The notes: generated by a model not told the origin, from the letters alone. A DNA stretch of 64,000 nt from Eledone cirrhosa (GCA_964016885.1 OZ024740.1:212784001-212848000); one strand, 5' to 3'. Shown: positions 1 through 23,401, counted from the stretch's first letter. Numbers and translations: made by a program.

Positions 1-710
1 ACCGAACATTTATTATAATGCTGCGTTTGTTTGTAAACAAACAAACATGCTGAATTAAGCCGTATATGGTTTAGCAGCCATCGTAGGCTTAATTCGGCTT
101 AGTACAGCTGTTACTTAATTCATACGTACATGTATATATGTGTGTGCATGTATGTATATATATACATACTACTGTACGTCTGTATACATATATGTATGTA
201 CGTATACATACTTATATTTAAGTAATAGCCGTACTAAGAGTGAGAAATGAAATTTCGTTTCATTTTTTCCGTTTATCGTTTTCGGTGCGCCCGGCCGATT
301 AACTCACTCGATATGCAAATTAGGCTGCTCAGCCGTTAATATGCATAAGGAAAGTATATACTTTCAGATATTCAATCATCTGGCAGGAAGGTATACGGTG
401 CTGACGATAGCTAATAAGCTTGAAACTAGTACATCGTTCCTTTGTCAGTGTTGAACAAAAGGGCAACAATGGTTGCTAAACACTGTACGGCTTAATTCTG
501 GATGTTTGTTTGTTTACAAACAAACGGAGCATTATAATAAATGTTCGGTAAATCCATACATACATATATATATGGGTGCATGTATGCATATATATATATA
601 TATACATACGACTGTACGTCTGTATACATATATGTATGTACGTATACATACTTATATTTAAGTAACAGCCGTACTAAGAGTGAGAAATGAAATTTCGTTT
701 CATTTTTTTC
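1..710. repeat. PLE pseudo-LTR region with inverted (1-81 / 469-549) and direct (~130-270 / ~570-710) repeats
   Basis: ACCGAACATTTATTATAATGC... at 1 is the reverse complement of ...GCATTATAATAAATGTTCGGT ending at 549. The CTGTACGTCTGTATAC...GAAATTTCGTTTCATTTTTTC block occurs twice. It contains a hammerhead motif and adjoins a PLE RT fragment. Confidence 0.7.
396..436 (+). ncRNA. Minimal type I hammerhead ribozyme motif
   Basis: CGGTG-CTGACGA-T-AGCT-AATA-AGCT-T-GAAA-CTAG-TA-CATCG: stem I CGGTG/CATCG, intact core, stem II AGCT/AGCT, palindromic stem III (ACTAGT), GUA cleavage triplet at 429-431. Confidence 0.85.
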
Positions 711-1850
711 ATATTTTAATTGCTTCGAAACCTTCTCTAGTTTTCCTAATGTTCGTGCGTGCTAGGTGTGATGCGAGGTTAGGTGTGGTCGAATGGGATA
801 ATTTAATCACGTTTTTGTTAATTATGTTGCGATATCTATTGCCTGGTGGGAAGTTTTTTTCTAATAATGAAAAGAATACTCTGGGGAGGTTAGTGCGGAC
901 CTCAGAGTTAAAAGGTGGGTTAAAATACATGTTTTTCCTTCTTCTACTTTTCTTATCTATGGGGTGAGTCTCGTTACTGTGCATACTATTTTGTAGGGTT
1001 CCGTTATTAACGTTAGTGGCGTTGTCTGTTTTGCTTACGCCCGGATGGTTTATATTCATGGCGTGATCATTTGCTGTTTTAGAGTTGTGGTGAGGGACTC
1101 TAGTATTGTCTCTACGTGGTTTACATTTAGCTGGGTTAGCGCCATTAGGGTTCTTACTATTATTCTTGCCTCTAAGTTGGTTAGGCTTTGTGGCCATACT
1201 ATGTGTGATTATGTTGGTAGGTTTCACACTCATGGTTTGGGAGTCCTTATGTATATATGATAATCTATTCCCGTAACCAGATTCTGCTAGGGCCTTGTCA
1301 TAATACTCTGCATTTGAGTTGAAGATACTCTCATTACAGGACAGTCTGCTAATTCTATTAGAGACCCCCTTGGGAATAGCGTTTAGGACTGATTTGGGGT
1401 GGTTGGAGCTGGCGTTTACATATGTTAGTCTATCATTAGGTTTATGGTAGGGTGCAAATGTTTTAGTTTCTAGGTCAAGGGTGGCGTCTAGGAAGTTTAC
1501 TGTTTTGTCATTTGCATCTATGGTAATACTTAGATTAAAGCTTTTAAAGAACCTACGTAACTGTTTCCTAGTTCTTTCTATATTACACTTTTTATACTCG
1601 AGAGTGAGGAGGGCGAAATCACGATATAAGCCGCCCTTCAAGTGCGGTAATGTCTCATGTAACTCCTTTAAGGGGTACAATCCTACTAGGTCCGTTACTT
1701 GTGCAGAGTCACTAGATCCCATTGTGATGTGGAAGTTATTGGGCGTATTCTTGAGGGTCCACAATTCGTCCTCAAATGTGATTATCGTTTTCCGGGCCGC
1801 AAGAATGACATCAATTTGAGACCTAGTGAGGTCACTTTTCTGCATGGCCA
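709..1850 (-). pseudogene. Penelope-like element reverse transcriptase, partial (RT core C-half, thumb, linker); tentatively Naiad-type
   Basis: Motifs MGSSDSAQVTDLVGLY, GLYRDF (degenerate YRDD), VNFLDATLDL, YVNASSNHP, FNPPFNSEVRTN. Truncated at both ends, with a second catalytic Asp substituted. Confidence 0.85.
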
Positions 1851-2319
1851 TGATTCTTTTTTTTTTATTATTTATATATATATATTTTTTTATCTTTATT
1901 CTTATTTTCACTTTTATCCTCCTTTATATTTTACCTTATTCTTACTTTTATACCTTATTATAGTGTAATCTTCCCCATGCCTTATTATACATTATTAATT
2001 ATAGATTATTATTATTACTCTTTTTCCATTTCTAATTACCTCATGTAGTTTCTCCTCCGTTATATATATATTGTATGCCCTTTGTGTGTGTGTAGCCTCT
2101 GCACACCCTCGCACCCTACTATCGATGCCACCCCATCTATGGCTCAACCGACCACTCGACTCCCGGGAATGAATATGACCACAGCTAGTAAACAAGGACC
2201 CACACCCCACCCTCCCGCACCAAAATTAGACTTATCGTCCCCTGCTTTTGCTCTTTACTCTCTTTACTCTTTGTTCTTGAATGTTTGGTTGGTAGAGTCC
2301 ATAACACCAATCAAACCTC

Positions 2320-2380
2320 TTTTATAGCTCTGACGAATTCTATCGGTTACGTAAGGAAGAAACATTGTAAGCCAATAAAA
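2320..2380 (+). ncRNA. Minimal hammerhead ribozyme motif in a PLE pseudo-LTR (~1860-2515)
   Basis: TTTTATAGCT-CTGACGA-A-TTCT..GGAA-GAAA-CATTG-TA-AGCCAATAAAA. The core is intact and stem I is GCT/AGC extended by TTTTAT/ATAAAA. Confidence 0.7.
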
Positions 2381-2515
2381 ATCTATTGATGTTGTAGACG
2401 CTCTTGTGTTCTTTATCATATATACGGCTCTGCTCCAAAGCATAGAGTTAATTATTATGCTGCCAATACCTTAATGGGACACGGGTATACAATACCTAAC
2501 TCCTATTAACCTAGT

Positions 2516-11397
<8,882 letters not shown>

Positions 11398-11965
11398 ATT
11401 AAAATATTTAGAAGTGAAGCATATCAATTTGTTCAGGGTGTTTACATCTCGAAACATATTTGGATTTTAAAGTTTAAACTTATCTACGGAACAGGTTTGA
11501 TTTTGAAATTTAAATTTGTCTAAACACCATGGCCATTTGCCAATACTGTTTGTTTTTATTGATTTATTATTTTAAATCGAGATAGGCAAACTGTAATATT
11601 ATAATTAGTATATTTCATTCTAGCTAACTTAATTTCTTTTACAATATAAACACAGATATGTTGGTATTTGTGTTTCATCATATATATTAATTTATATTTA
11701 TACATATATATATATATATATATTCTTTAGGACGTTTTGGAAGTCTCAACAATGCAGATGGGTAATTCTCCGGGTAACAATATCCGGTGGTGAAGAGAGA
11801 GATGTAAGTGAATGTAGAATGAGATGTATAGTGTGTAGAAGAACGTAGGAAAGAGCGTAAAAGATAAAATTAAAATAATAACACGAGATAGAGTTACCTT
11901 GCGAGAGATTTAATTGTCCCTATATATTTTGGATTCACATCAATCAACTGGGGGGGGGGGTTATA

Positions 11966-12926
11966 TGTCGGATAGGTGCGAAACGTGTCCTCCGCTGTTC
12001 GTTGTTTTGAATATCTGAGGTATTCAGCAGAGGTCGGCGGCCAAAATAGTTCTTTTAATTGTGGGAGTGGGGTGGCGTTAGCTGTCAATCCATTGTAGTA
12101 TCTGTCCGTGCTGGTTTCTGTATTATCAGTGTTGAATAGTGTGTGGTGGTGGTAGTATTCTCTGCTTGTTTGGTGAATGCTACTGTGTGTGTGTGTGCGT
12201 GTGTGCGTGTGTTGTTGTCTCGCCTGTGTGTGTGTGCATGTGTTGTTGCCTCGTTTGTCTGTATTAGCAGTGTAGTATATTCGTATGGTGGAATGCTACT
12301 GAGTGTGTGTTGTTGTCTCGCTTGTGTGTGTGCGTGTGTTGTTGCCTCGTTTGTTTATTTAAACCAACCACCTCATTTCGCTTCTCTCGGATCGGTTATT
12401 TATTTGTGACCCTAGGCGTTTGATCCAAAGTGCTTCCAAAATTCGTAATGTGCCGACATTTCTTTCCGTCGCTAGAACTGTGACAATGGGCCTTCCGTCT
12501 TTGTTTCCGTATATGGTTGTGTGTTTCCGGAAAGACGAGGCCCTGGTGTTGATGTGCTCCTTGATCCGGATGTGGAGCGACCGGATTGTGAAACCGATCC
12601 GAGAGAAGCGAAATGAGGTGGTTGGTTTAAATAAACAAACGAGGCAACAACACACGCACACACACACACACATTACCATTCACCAAACAAGCAGAGAATA
12701 CTACCACCACCACACACTATTCAACATTGCTAATACAGAAACCAGCACGGACAGATAATACAATGGATTGACAGCTAAGGCCACCCCAGTCCCACAATTA
12801 AAAGAACTATTTCAGCCGCCGACCTCTGCTTGGCCGACCTCATTTCACGTGCGCGTGCGCTCTGCTGAATACCTCAGATATTCAAAACAACGAACAGCGG
12901 AGGACACGTTTCGCACCTATCCGACA
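11966..12926 (-). mobile_element. 5'-truncated PLE: GIY-YIG C-terminal fragment plus pseudo-LTR, with an inverted pseudo-LTR copy
   Basis: Minus-strand translation IGFTIRSLHIRIKEHINTRASSFRKH...LRILEALWIKRLGSQINNRSE at 12359-12600. Arms 11966-12397 and 12592-12926 are reverse complements. Confidence 0.8.
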
Positions 12927-12927
12927 G

Positions 12928-14119
12928 ATAGTTTTACTTTGTGTCGGTTAAAGATGGAGATGTATTTATGACCTATGGGAAAGTGTCTATCTAAGAGAGC
13001 TAGACATTTTTTGCCTACATTGGTTTTAACGTTGAGTGAGAAGGGAAGAGAGAACCAGATAGTTTGTCTATTGTTACGCTTTCTTTTCTTATTGCTGTTG
13101 TTGTTAGTGGGAGAGTAAGTGATAGGTTGCGAGAAGCCGCTGTTAGCTAACGCCGTGTTATATTAGGGTGCAGCCCTGTCAAAGATAGCCTTATTAGAGG
13201 AGAGGTTTGAGATTCTAGTACTGATATTATTTACGAAGTTTCTAAAAACAGTGGGAGGGTGGCATGAGTCCTTGTGAATGTAATTGAGTTTTTCGTTTAT
13301 CTTATGGATGGTCTGTAGGTGTGTGTGCGAAGGTCTATATTAATGACTAAGAAATCTACGCTAGAGAGGTTGGTAGCTACTGTTATCCTAAGTCCTAGCT
13401 CATTGAAGGTAGAAATACCATCTTTAACCGACACAAAGTAAAACTAGGATACTCCTGCGCTGAGAACATGAAGGCCCACATCACCAACAGCCCTAAGAGC
13501 AACACCCCACCAGGGTGCTCTTCCCGTAAGCCCGAAGCTTGTCCCTTCAACAGCAATGCAACACACCCGCTGTAGTTTATGAAGCTGTGGTCACTTCCAA
13601 CCAACCAAATCAACCACAGGAGGTCAAATCCTATGTGGGTATGGCGGAGGGCCGATTTAAGGAACGCTTCCTGAACCACCAATCGACTTTTAGATACCCG
13701 GACAGACGTTCATCCACGAAACTCGCGAGCCACGTATGGTCCCTCAAGGACTCAAGTATAGACTACTCCATTCAATGGAAAGCCATCACTAAGTCCAAGC
13801 CATACGCAAGGGGCAATCCGTCGTGTGGACTATGTATTGATGAACGAATAAATATTCGAAAGAGATTACGCAATAGTGATTGCCTAAACACGAGAAATAA
13901 ATTCTTCACACGTTGTCCACACGTCTGGAAATACCTCTTATATAACTACAAAGCTCCGGATTGAATTACAACATCCTAATTTTCTTATCAACCAGAAACC
14001 AGGGGACAAGTGCCCCTCCCCTTTTTTTCAAACGTCTATGTTTTATTTTTTTGTTTATTTGATATAATAAATTCTTTTTATCTTCATCTTTTTATTTTTC
14101 CCTCCTCTCTTCTATTTAG

Positions 14120-14181
<62 letters not shown>

Positions 14182-14520
14182 TTTTTCTCTAACACAGATA
14201 TTTACGGGTTATTTATTTCTTCTATATTTGCTCATACTCACCCCCTCCTAAAACTTGTATATCGCTACATATCCCTCTCTCCATCATATTTAGTTTGTCA
14301 TGTTATTACTTGTAGTATATAAATATTGAGGTTTGTTGTAAGAAATCACTGCCAAGACTGAAATTGAACCATCAACACAGTTGAAGTATGCCATACATCA
14401 ATTCATGTATTTTATCTGATGAGGACGTACTGAAAAAACAGCACAGTACCTCCGAAATATATATAATAAAACATATATTTTGATTATGTGAATGTTTCCA
14501 TTTATTAATATTTTGAATAA
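12928..14520 (+). mobile_element. 5'-inverted PLE (tentatively Naiad-type): RT thumb fragment on minus (~12928-13390), linker + GIY-YIG on plus (~13419-13964), then pseudo-LTR
   Basis: Minus strand: SVDFL..IDL...LNYIHKDSCHPPTV...RISNLSS. Plus strand: IFNRHKVKLGYSC...VVYEAVV...YVGMAEGRFKERFLNHQSTF...CGLCIDER...LNTRN...CPH. Confidence 0.85.
14410..14471 (+). ncRNA. Minimal type I hammerhead ribozyme motif
   Basis: TTTTAT-CTGATGA-GGA(CGTACTG..CAGTACC)TCC-GAAA-TATATA-TA-ATAAAA: intact core, 6-bp stem I, extended stem II, palindromic stem III, AUA triplet. Confidence 0.85.
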
Positions 14521-14563
14521 TATATCTATCTATCTATCTATCTATCTATATATCTATATATAT

Positions 14564-16295
<1,732 letters not shown>

Positions 16296-16891
16296 TCTTT
16301 TGTGGAACACACTTTGGAAACCACTGGCTTGGACTAAACATCTGAATACAAATATCAATCTCTGTGTGCATATATATACACACACACAGAGTTTTTAATG
16401 TAATAAAGTGCGAGAGTTGAGGTTAAAATTGAAAAAAAAAAACATCTTTAAATGTAATGTAATAGTGTAAGTGTGAGATTTGGGGGTAAAATAGAAAAAT
16501 AAACGGACAATGTCTAAATGTAATGCAATAGTAAAAGTTGTTTAAAATTGGGAAAAGGACAGTTTTGAGTAACTATGAAAGTAATTAGAAAAGAAAAACA
16601 GAGTTTTACATGTAATAGAGTAAGTGTGAGTGTCAATGTGAGTGTAAGTGTGAAAGTAATTCTTAAAATAGAAACAGAGGAACTATCAAGTGTAGTATAA
16701 TATTTTGTTGTATAATATTTGTTGTCGCCTATACTTGTAAACTTTGATTCAACTGAAATATACAGTGCATGGTAAATTCGGCAAAATAGTTGATGAGTCT
16801 GGGCGATAAATTCTCGCTCTAGTCTTTTTTGCGACTGTCTCAAACAACTTGAATAGTACTTCATAGACGTATATATTTATAGTTATATGTA

Positions 16892-17884
16892 CTAGCTGAA
16901 TTACCCGCGCCTTGCTGCGTTTCACACATTTTGTTTTGTAAGAAAATGATTATTGATTTTAAATCAGTGATATAATTTATGGAGAAAAGCTCTGTATTTC
17001 AATATTACTCAATGTAAAATGTAATCCATGAAAAATTGGAAAACATTATTTTTTTAAATATATCAAATCAAAATTACATTATTAAATCTTATTCTTATTT
17101 TGTTTCTTGTAAATATTTTTTTTCAAAATATCAATTCAAAACTTGATCATTTCATTTTTGTGTAAAGCATTATTTTCAAATTAGAAATTCAAAGTATATT
17201 TCATACTTTGTCCTAATGAAGAACTTTAGGGTAAACAACATTTCTTGTCTTTCTTTGATTGGCTATAATGTAGATATTTTTTGAACTTCTAGTCCTTGAA
17301 ACAGCCACATAAAACATGCCATGACTGAAACATGGGTTTGTCAGATCTATACCAATAGTTTTGAAAGTTTGACCTTGACTGTTATTGATGCTCATGGCAA
17401 AGCATGGCTTCACTGGGAACTGCAGCCTCTTAAATGTAAAAGGCAACTCGCTATGACTTGGTATAAGTGGAATCTTCAGAATGAGAAGAGCTTAACCTTT
17501 GTAAGACCCGAGTATAATGGTTGCTTCAATAAAGTTCTCATACAATCTTGTTCCATTTATTAGCCAAAATTTTCACTATACGAGGTTTAACCACCATTAG
17601 GGTGTTTTAATATTATTGAAATTTGCTGAAATTTTGTGAATAGGCGTCATATCTTGTCATTTACCTATGGTTTAAATTTCATATAAATCGAAGGAAAAAG
17701 ATTTTCAGCGGGGGTTTGTGCGCCTGAGAACCCTTTGATTAAAAGGAAATATACTTATCCAAGTACCCTGGGCAATGTAGTTTCAGAATACATAAAGTTA
17801 TGGGGGTCTATCTCTAAAACCATAGGAGTTCGGGAAAAAACCAACAAACGAACAAACAGACAGGAACTACAACTTTATATATAT

Positions 17885-17887
<3 letters not shown>
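16892..17887 (-). mobile_element. Internally deleted Helitron carrying the Pif1-helicase C-terminus
   Basis: MPFTFKRLQFPVKPCFAMSINNSQGQT...FSHGMFYVAVSR...TRNVVYPKVL at 17213-17446. The minus-strand 3' end is a GC-rich hairpin remnant + CTAG|T at 16892. The 5' end (T>C)CTATATATATAAA lies at ~17887. Confidence 0.85.
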
Positions 17888-17917
<30 letters not shown>

Positions 17918-17920
<3 letters not shown>

Positions 17921-19420
17921 CGTTTCTGAATTTGATTTGTTTAGCAAGATTCTTTATCTGAAAACGTGTGTTGAAACCGATATTGTTATGCTTTGGGAGG
18001 GTCATGTTGTCAATAAGAAACACACGCACCAGTTGCTTTCACTCCAATTTATTATAAATTAAATTTATAAATTTAGGAATTTATAAATTTCCGGTTGGTT
18101 GGTTCCATAACCGGACGGTTGTTCATATATTGTCAAAGTTCTTTCGTCACACATTCTGTGACCTCTTCAGTGACTGGGGATTCTTTTCTTTGTTCTGTCC
18201 TACGCTATCTTGTTTTTGTTTGTGTTGTGTGCTTAGTTTGCGCATGTGTTACATCCGGGTGTCTGTGTGTTTTTTATTTGTTTATTTATTTGTTTATTTA
18301 CATGTTACTGGTTGGTTGTTTGTTCTATGTGTGTGTGTGTTTTCATTTTGTCCTTAATTGTAAGTTGTGATGTTGCTGTTCCATTCATGTTTTCTATTTA
18401 ATTTTGGTTGGAGTTCATTTATGTTTATTGCCTCTGTGATTTGTCTAAACATTGCGTCTTTTCTGTGTATAGATTCTATTTTTATTTCTGTTCTCTAATT
18501 TGCCCTTATGTTCTATTTTAGCATGTTGGTGGAGTATTGATGATTCTTTTTTATCTTGAAGTTCTCGCCAGTGTTCATTTAACCGTTCTCCTATACTACG
18601 AGCTGTCTCACCTATGTATACTATATTCTTATCTTTACATTGTCCCTCAGTACATCTTATGCTATATACTACATGTCTAGTTTTACAGTTAATATGGGGG
18701 CTTAGTTTACAGATTATGCATTTCTTATCTATACAGGTATGTCTTTGAAAAGGGTATGTATTGCTAGTAAGTGTTTTATGGAGGTACCTGGTTTTCTACT
18801 ATCTTAATATTAAGTTTATGTTTATCTAGGGCCCTTCTAAATTTGTAAGCTAATTCACCTCTAGGGGTTGTATTGATGAACATTACACTCTGGTATTTAT
18901 TGCTATCATACCATGAGTTTATTCTATTAACCTTATTCCTAGTTCTTTCTATTCTATTCCAAAATTTGCTTCTATACAAAGGGCAGGTCCCATTTGTATC
19001 ATTATTTACCATTTTTTCCCATTTGGTTCTGGCTCCTTAACATACTCTGATTTTATCTCTCTGATTGTAACCAGAGAACTGCATATGGTGGATGAAGTGT
19101 TGTATGTGTCTCTCTAGTTCTTTGGGGTTGCACATGCGGGACACGTTTCTCATCACCCGTACCAAATCCGCAATCAGTATGTTGATTTTGGTGTGATCCG
19201 AAACAGCTGAGTTTTGGTGGATCAGATATTTGGAAGTCATGGGTTTGGCATAATGGGAATGGAGGATTTGTTTTTTGTTATTAATGGTTTCTAACCAGAG
19301 CTCTGTGTCTAGTACAGGTAATCGATGGTTGGGGTGTTTGCTTAGGTAGTCTATAGTAACTCTAATACTCTGGTGGATGGAATTAGCTATTTGCTGGATG
19401 CTTTCCATGGAAAGCATATT
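17918..19420 (-). mobile_element. 5'-truncated PLE: RT thumb, linker, GIY-YIG endonuclease (disrupted) and pseudo-LTR
   Basis: RLPVLDTELW...HSHYAKPM...MQFSGY; CPLYRS..W; VVYSIRC...VYIGETARSIGERLNEH...HQHAKIEH...RQITEAINI. Contains stops and frameshifts. Confidence 0.85.
18132..18174 (-). ncRNA. Minimal hammerhead ribozyme motif
   Basis: Minus strand GTCA-CTGAAGA-G-GTCACA-GAATG-TGTGAC-GAAA-GAAC-TT-TGAC; same sequence as the copies at 21741 and 22642. Confidence 0.75.
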
Positions 19421-19837
19421 TGTGAATAGATTTTTGATTTCTTATTTAACCTAGCATTTGAATACAACGGTTTTTTATTCCCTTCTATTTCATATTTTCT
19501 TTTTCTTCGTTTTTCTTTATTCCCCTTCGTTTTCTTTTTACTCTCCCCACATATTCCCTCTCTTTTGTCTTTATTCCTCTTTTCTTTTATATTTTTTTCT
19601 TCTTTTATTCATTCATCCATTTATTTATTTATTATTTATTTATTTATTTATTTCTTGCCTTTTCCTCTTCTTTGTATCCCCCTCCTATATTTCTAACTTG
19701 CTTAACGTCATTTTCTTCTTTAAGTTTATCATATTATTTGTTGTATAAAAACGTTGCGATTTGATGAAATAAATCACTGCCAATACTGGAATTGAATAAT
19801 CAAATCCATAGCAGTATGTCACATATCAAATCATATA

Positions 19838-19896
19838 TTTTGTCTGATGAAAACGTACTTAAACACTATTGTACCTTTGAAATATGAATAATAAAA
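19838..19896 (+). ncRNA. Degenerate hammerhead motif in a solo PLE pseudo-LTR (~19440-19945)
   Basis: TTTTGT-CTGATGA-AAACGTAC..GTACCTTT-GAAA-TATGAA-TA-ATAAAA. The flanks are homologous to 14345-14520. Confidence 0.65.
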
Positions 19897-19941
19897 TATA
19901 TATTTTGATTATGAGAATATTTTTCATTTATTTACATTTTG

Positions 19942-20092
<151 letters not shown>

Positions 20093-20180
20093 TGTCTAAA
20101 ATAGAATTAGGAATTATCTTCAGGCATAGCTGTATACAGATATGTATTGGAATTTCGTATTTCTAAAGAAACATATATAT

Positions 20181-20597
20181 ACTAGACCTGAAAAATGCGC
20201 AAGCTCAAAAGAGCCACATAATGTTATAATAAACCTTCAAAAGTGTCGGACTAGAGTTGTTACTCAAAAATATTGTAATCATTATCTATCGTACACACTG
20301 TGGCATCCTTTTATAAAAAAGAGACTCATAACGAACCCAAGACGACGCGATAATTATTTAAGCTAATGTTCAATATCTCATATTAGATGTTTAGTAATAC
20401 GAAATGCACTTAAACCAAATTCTATATTATAAATTCACTTAAATAATTATCGTGTCGTCTTGAGTTCGTTATGAGTCTTTATTTTATAAAAGGATGCCAC
20501 AGAGTGTACGATAGATAATGATTACAATATTTTTGAGCAGCAACTCTAGTCCCACACTCTGTGGCTCTTTTGAGCTTGCGCATTTTTCAGGTCTAGT
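20181..20597. mobile_element. MITE / fold-back DNA element with ~160-180 bp terminal inverted repeats
   Basis: ACTAGACCTGAAAAATGCGCAAGCTCAAAAGAGCCACA... matches ...TGTGGCTCTTTTGAGCTTGCGCATTTTTCAGGTCTAGT. The arms continue inward to ATAATTATTTAAG / CTTAAATAATTAT. No ORF. Confidence 0.8.
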
Positions 20598-21330
20598 TTA
20601 ATTTTTTTAAAGGTAACGCTTGTAATAACTCTAGTTAAACATGATATATATTAATAATAAATTATCGTTGTAATGTAATTAGATTATATAATTGTTATTT
20701 TATAAATGATCATATAATGTATAAAAATATTTTCAGACTTTTAATATAAACAACTACAAAAAACAATCAATATTAAATAAATATATTTTACATAATAATT
20801 GTTATAGTTGAATTAATAAAAATTAAATATTACATTCAAATAGTCTAACATAATAATAAAAAAAATAATCTAACATAATAATAATAAAATAATCTAACAT
20901 AAAACGAACAATAATATGGACAAATATACAAGTAAATATGATACAACCAATATTATAAGCATGTTATAACGAACTGAAAAAAAAATTTATATAAATTTAA
21001 AAAATCATATATAAATTAACAATATAACTTACCAAAACGAGAAATATATTTTGATGATAAACGACGAAATACTAGAGGAAGACTCGAAAGCGAAACGATA
21101 AATAAACGTGCTAATATAATGGCGGATGCTTTTGAGCAACAATTACTCTCGTTGGTTGATTAGCCAATAAGAGGATGAAATTAGCCAATAAGGCGATACA
21201 TTACAAAATATATTTGGCAGGGATCACCACGGCCAGCGATACCTCTTGAATTTTTTATTCACAAGCTTCGCATATATGTCAGACACGCAGACTTAAAACA
21301 TTCTGTTGTTAGTCACTGCGTGTCTAACAG

Positions 21331-21441
21331 ATAAATAATTACAACAGGGACATAAACAGGTACTCAAGTTTCGTTGGGTTCTGGGCCCAGAATCTCAACG
21401 AAACTTGAGTTCCTGTTTATGTCATTGTTGCAATTATTTAT
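21331..21441. repeat. Near-perfect ~110-bp palindrome centred on GGG|CCC
   Basis: ATAAATAATT..GACATAAACAGG.ACTCAAGTTTCGTTG..TTCTGGG | CCCAGAA..CAACGAAACTTGAGT.CCTGTTTATGTC..AATTATTTAT. Confidence 0.85.
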
Positions 21442-21521
21442 ACTAAACTCGTCCTTTGGACTGAGTGCTCTTACTCTTGAATATTATCACTTAACTTTTA
21501 CTTCCGTATATATATATATAG

Positions 21522-21594
<73 letters not shown>

Positions 21595-21740
21595 ATACTT
21601 TGGGAGGGTCATGTTGCCAATAAGAAACACACGCACCAGTTGCTTTCACTTCAATTTATTATAATAAATTTATAAATTTAGGAATTTATAAATTTCTGGT
21701 TGGTTGGTTGGTTCCACAACCAGATAGTTGTTTATATATT

Positions 21741-21783
21741 GTCAAAGTTCTTTCGTCACACATTCTGTGACCTCTTCAGTGAC
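21741..21783 (-). ncRNA. Minimal hammerhead ribozyme motif (left arm of palindrome)
   Basis: Reverse complement of 22642-22684. Confidence 0.75.
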
Positions 21784-22641
21784 TGGGGATTCTTTTCTTT
21801 GTTTTTGTGCCTCTCCTTTGTTCTGTCCTACGCCATTTTGTTTCTGTGTGTGTGTTGTGTGCTTAGATTACGCATGCGTTACATCCGGGTGTCTGTGTGT
21901 GTTTATATTTGTTTATTTATTTGTTTATTTACATGATACTGGTTGGTTGTTTGTTCTATGTGCGTGTGTGTTTTCATTTTGTCCTTAATTGTAAGTTGTA
22001 ATGTTGCTGTTCCATTCATGTTTTCTATTTAATTTTGGTTGGAGTTCATTTATGTTTATTGCCCCTGTGATTTGTCTAAACATTGCGTCTTTTCTGTGTG
22101 TAGATTCTATTTTTATTTCTATGTTCTCTAATTTACCCTTATGTTCTATTTTAGCATGTTGGTAGAGTACAGATGATTCTTTACAATCTTGAAGGCCTCG
22201 CCAGTGTTCATTTATGAACACTGGCGAGGCCTTCAAGATTGTAAAGAATCATCTGTACTCTACCAACATGCTAAAATAGAACATAAGGGTAAATTAGAGA
22301 ACATAGAAATAAAAATAGAATCTACACACAGAAAAGACGCAATGTTTAGACAAATCACAGAGGCAATAAACATAAAAGAATTACAACCAAAATTAAATAG
22401 AAAATATGAGTGGAACAGCAACATCACAACTTACAATTAAGGACAAAATGAAAACACACACGCACATAGAACAAACAACCAACCGGTAACATGTAAATAA
22501 ACAAATAAATAAACGAATATAAACACACACAGACACCCGGATGTGACGCATGCGCAGACTGAGTACACAACACACACACAGAAACAAAATGGCGTAGGAC
22601 AGAACAAAGGAGAGGCACAAAAACAAAGAAAAGAATCCCCA

Positions 22642-22684
22642 GTCACTGAAGAGGTCACAGAATGTGTGACGAAAGAACTTTGAC
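22642..22684 (+). ncRNA. Minimal hammerhead ribozyme motif (right arm of palindrome)
   Basis: GTCA-CTGAAGA-G-GTCACA-GAATG-TGTGAC-GAAA-GAAC-TT-TGAC: 4-bp stem I, 6-bp stem II, CUU triplet. Confidence 0.78.
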
Positions 22685-22891
22685 AATATATAAACAACTA
22701 TCTGGTTGTGGAACCAACCAACCAACCAGAAATTTATAAATTCCTAAATTTATAAATTTATTATAATAAATTGAAGTGAAAGCACTGGTGCGTGTGTTTC
22801 TTATTGGCAACATGACCCTCCCAAAGTATAACAATATCGGTTTCAACACACGTTTTCAGATAAAGAATCTTGCTAAACAAATTCAGAAACG

Positions 22892-23252
<361 letters not shown>

Positions 23253-23324
23253 AATCTTCTATACACAATCATACACACCCGTGTATATTTATCTATCTTT
23301 CTCTCTCTCTCTCTCTCTCTCTCC

Positions 23325-23401
<77 letters not shown>

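Noticed and set aside
12858-12900. Hammerhead in the sense strand of the 12-kb pseudo-LTR (CGCT-CTGCTGA...AAAA...AGCG)
   Set aside because: Three core positions deviate and the spacing at the cleavage site is wrong.
17955-17992. CTGAAAA-CGTGTGTT-GAAAC as a second hammerhead
   Set aside because: Core G8 is missing and stem I is not convincing.
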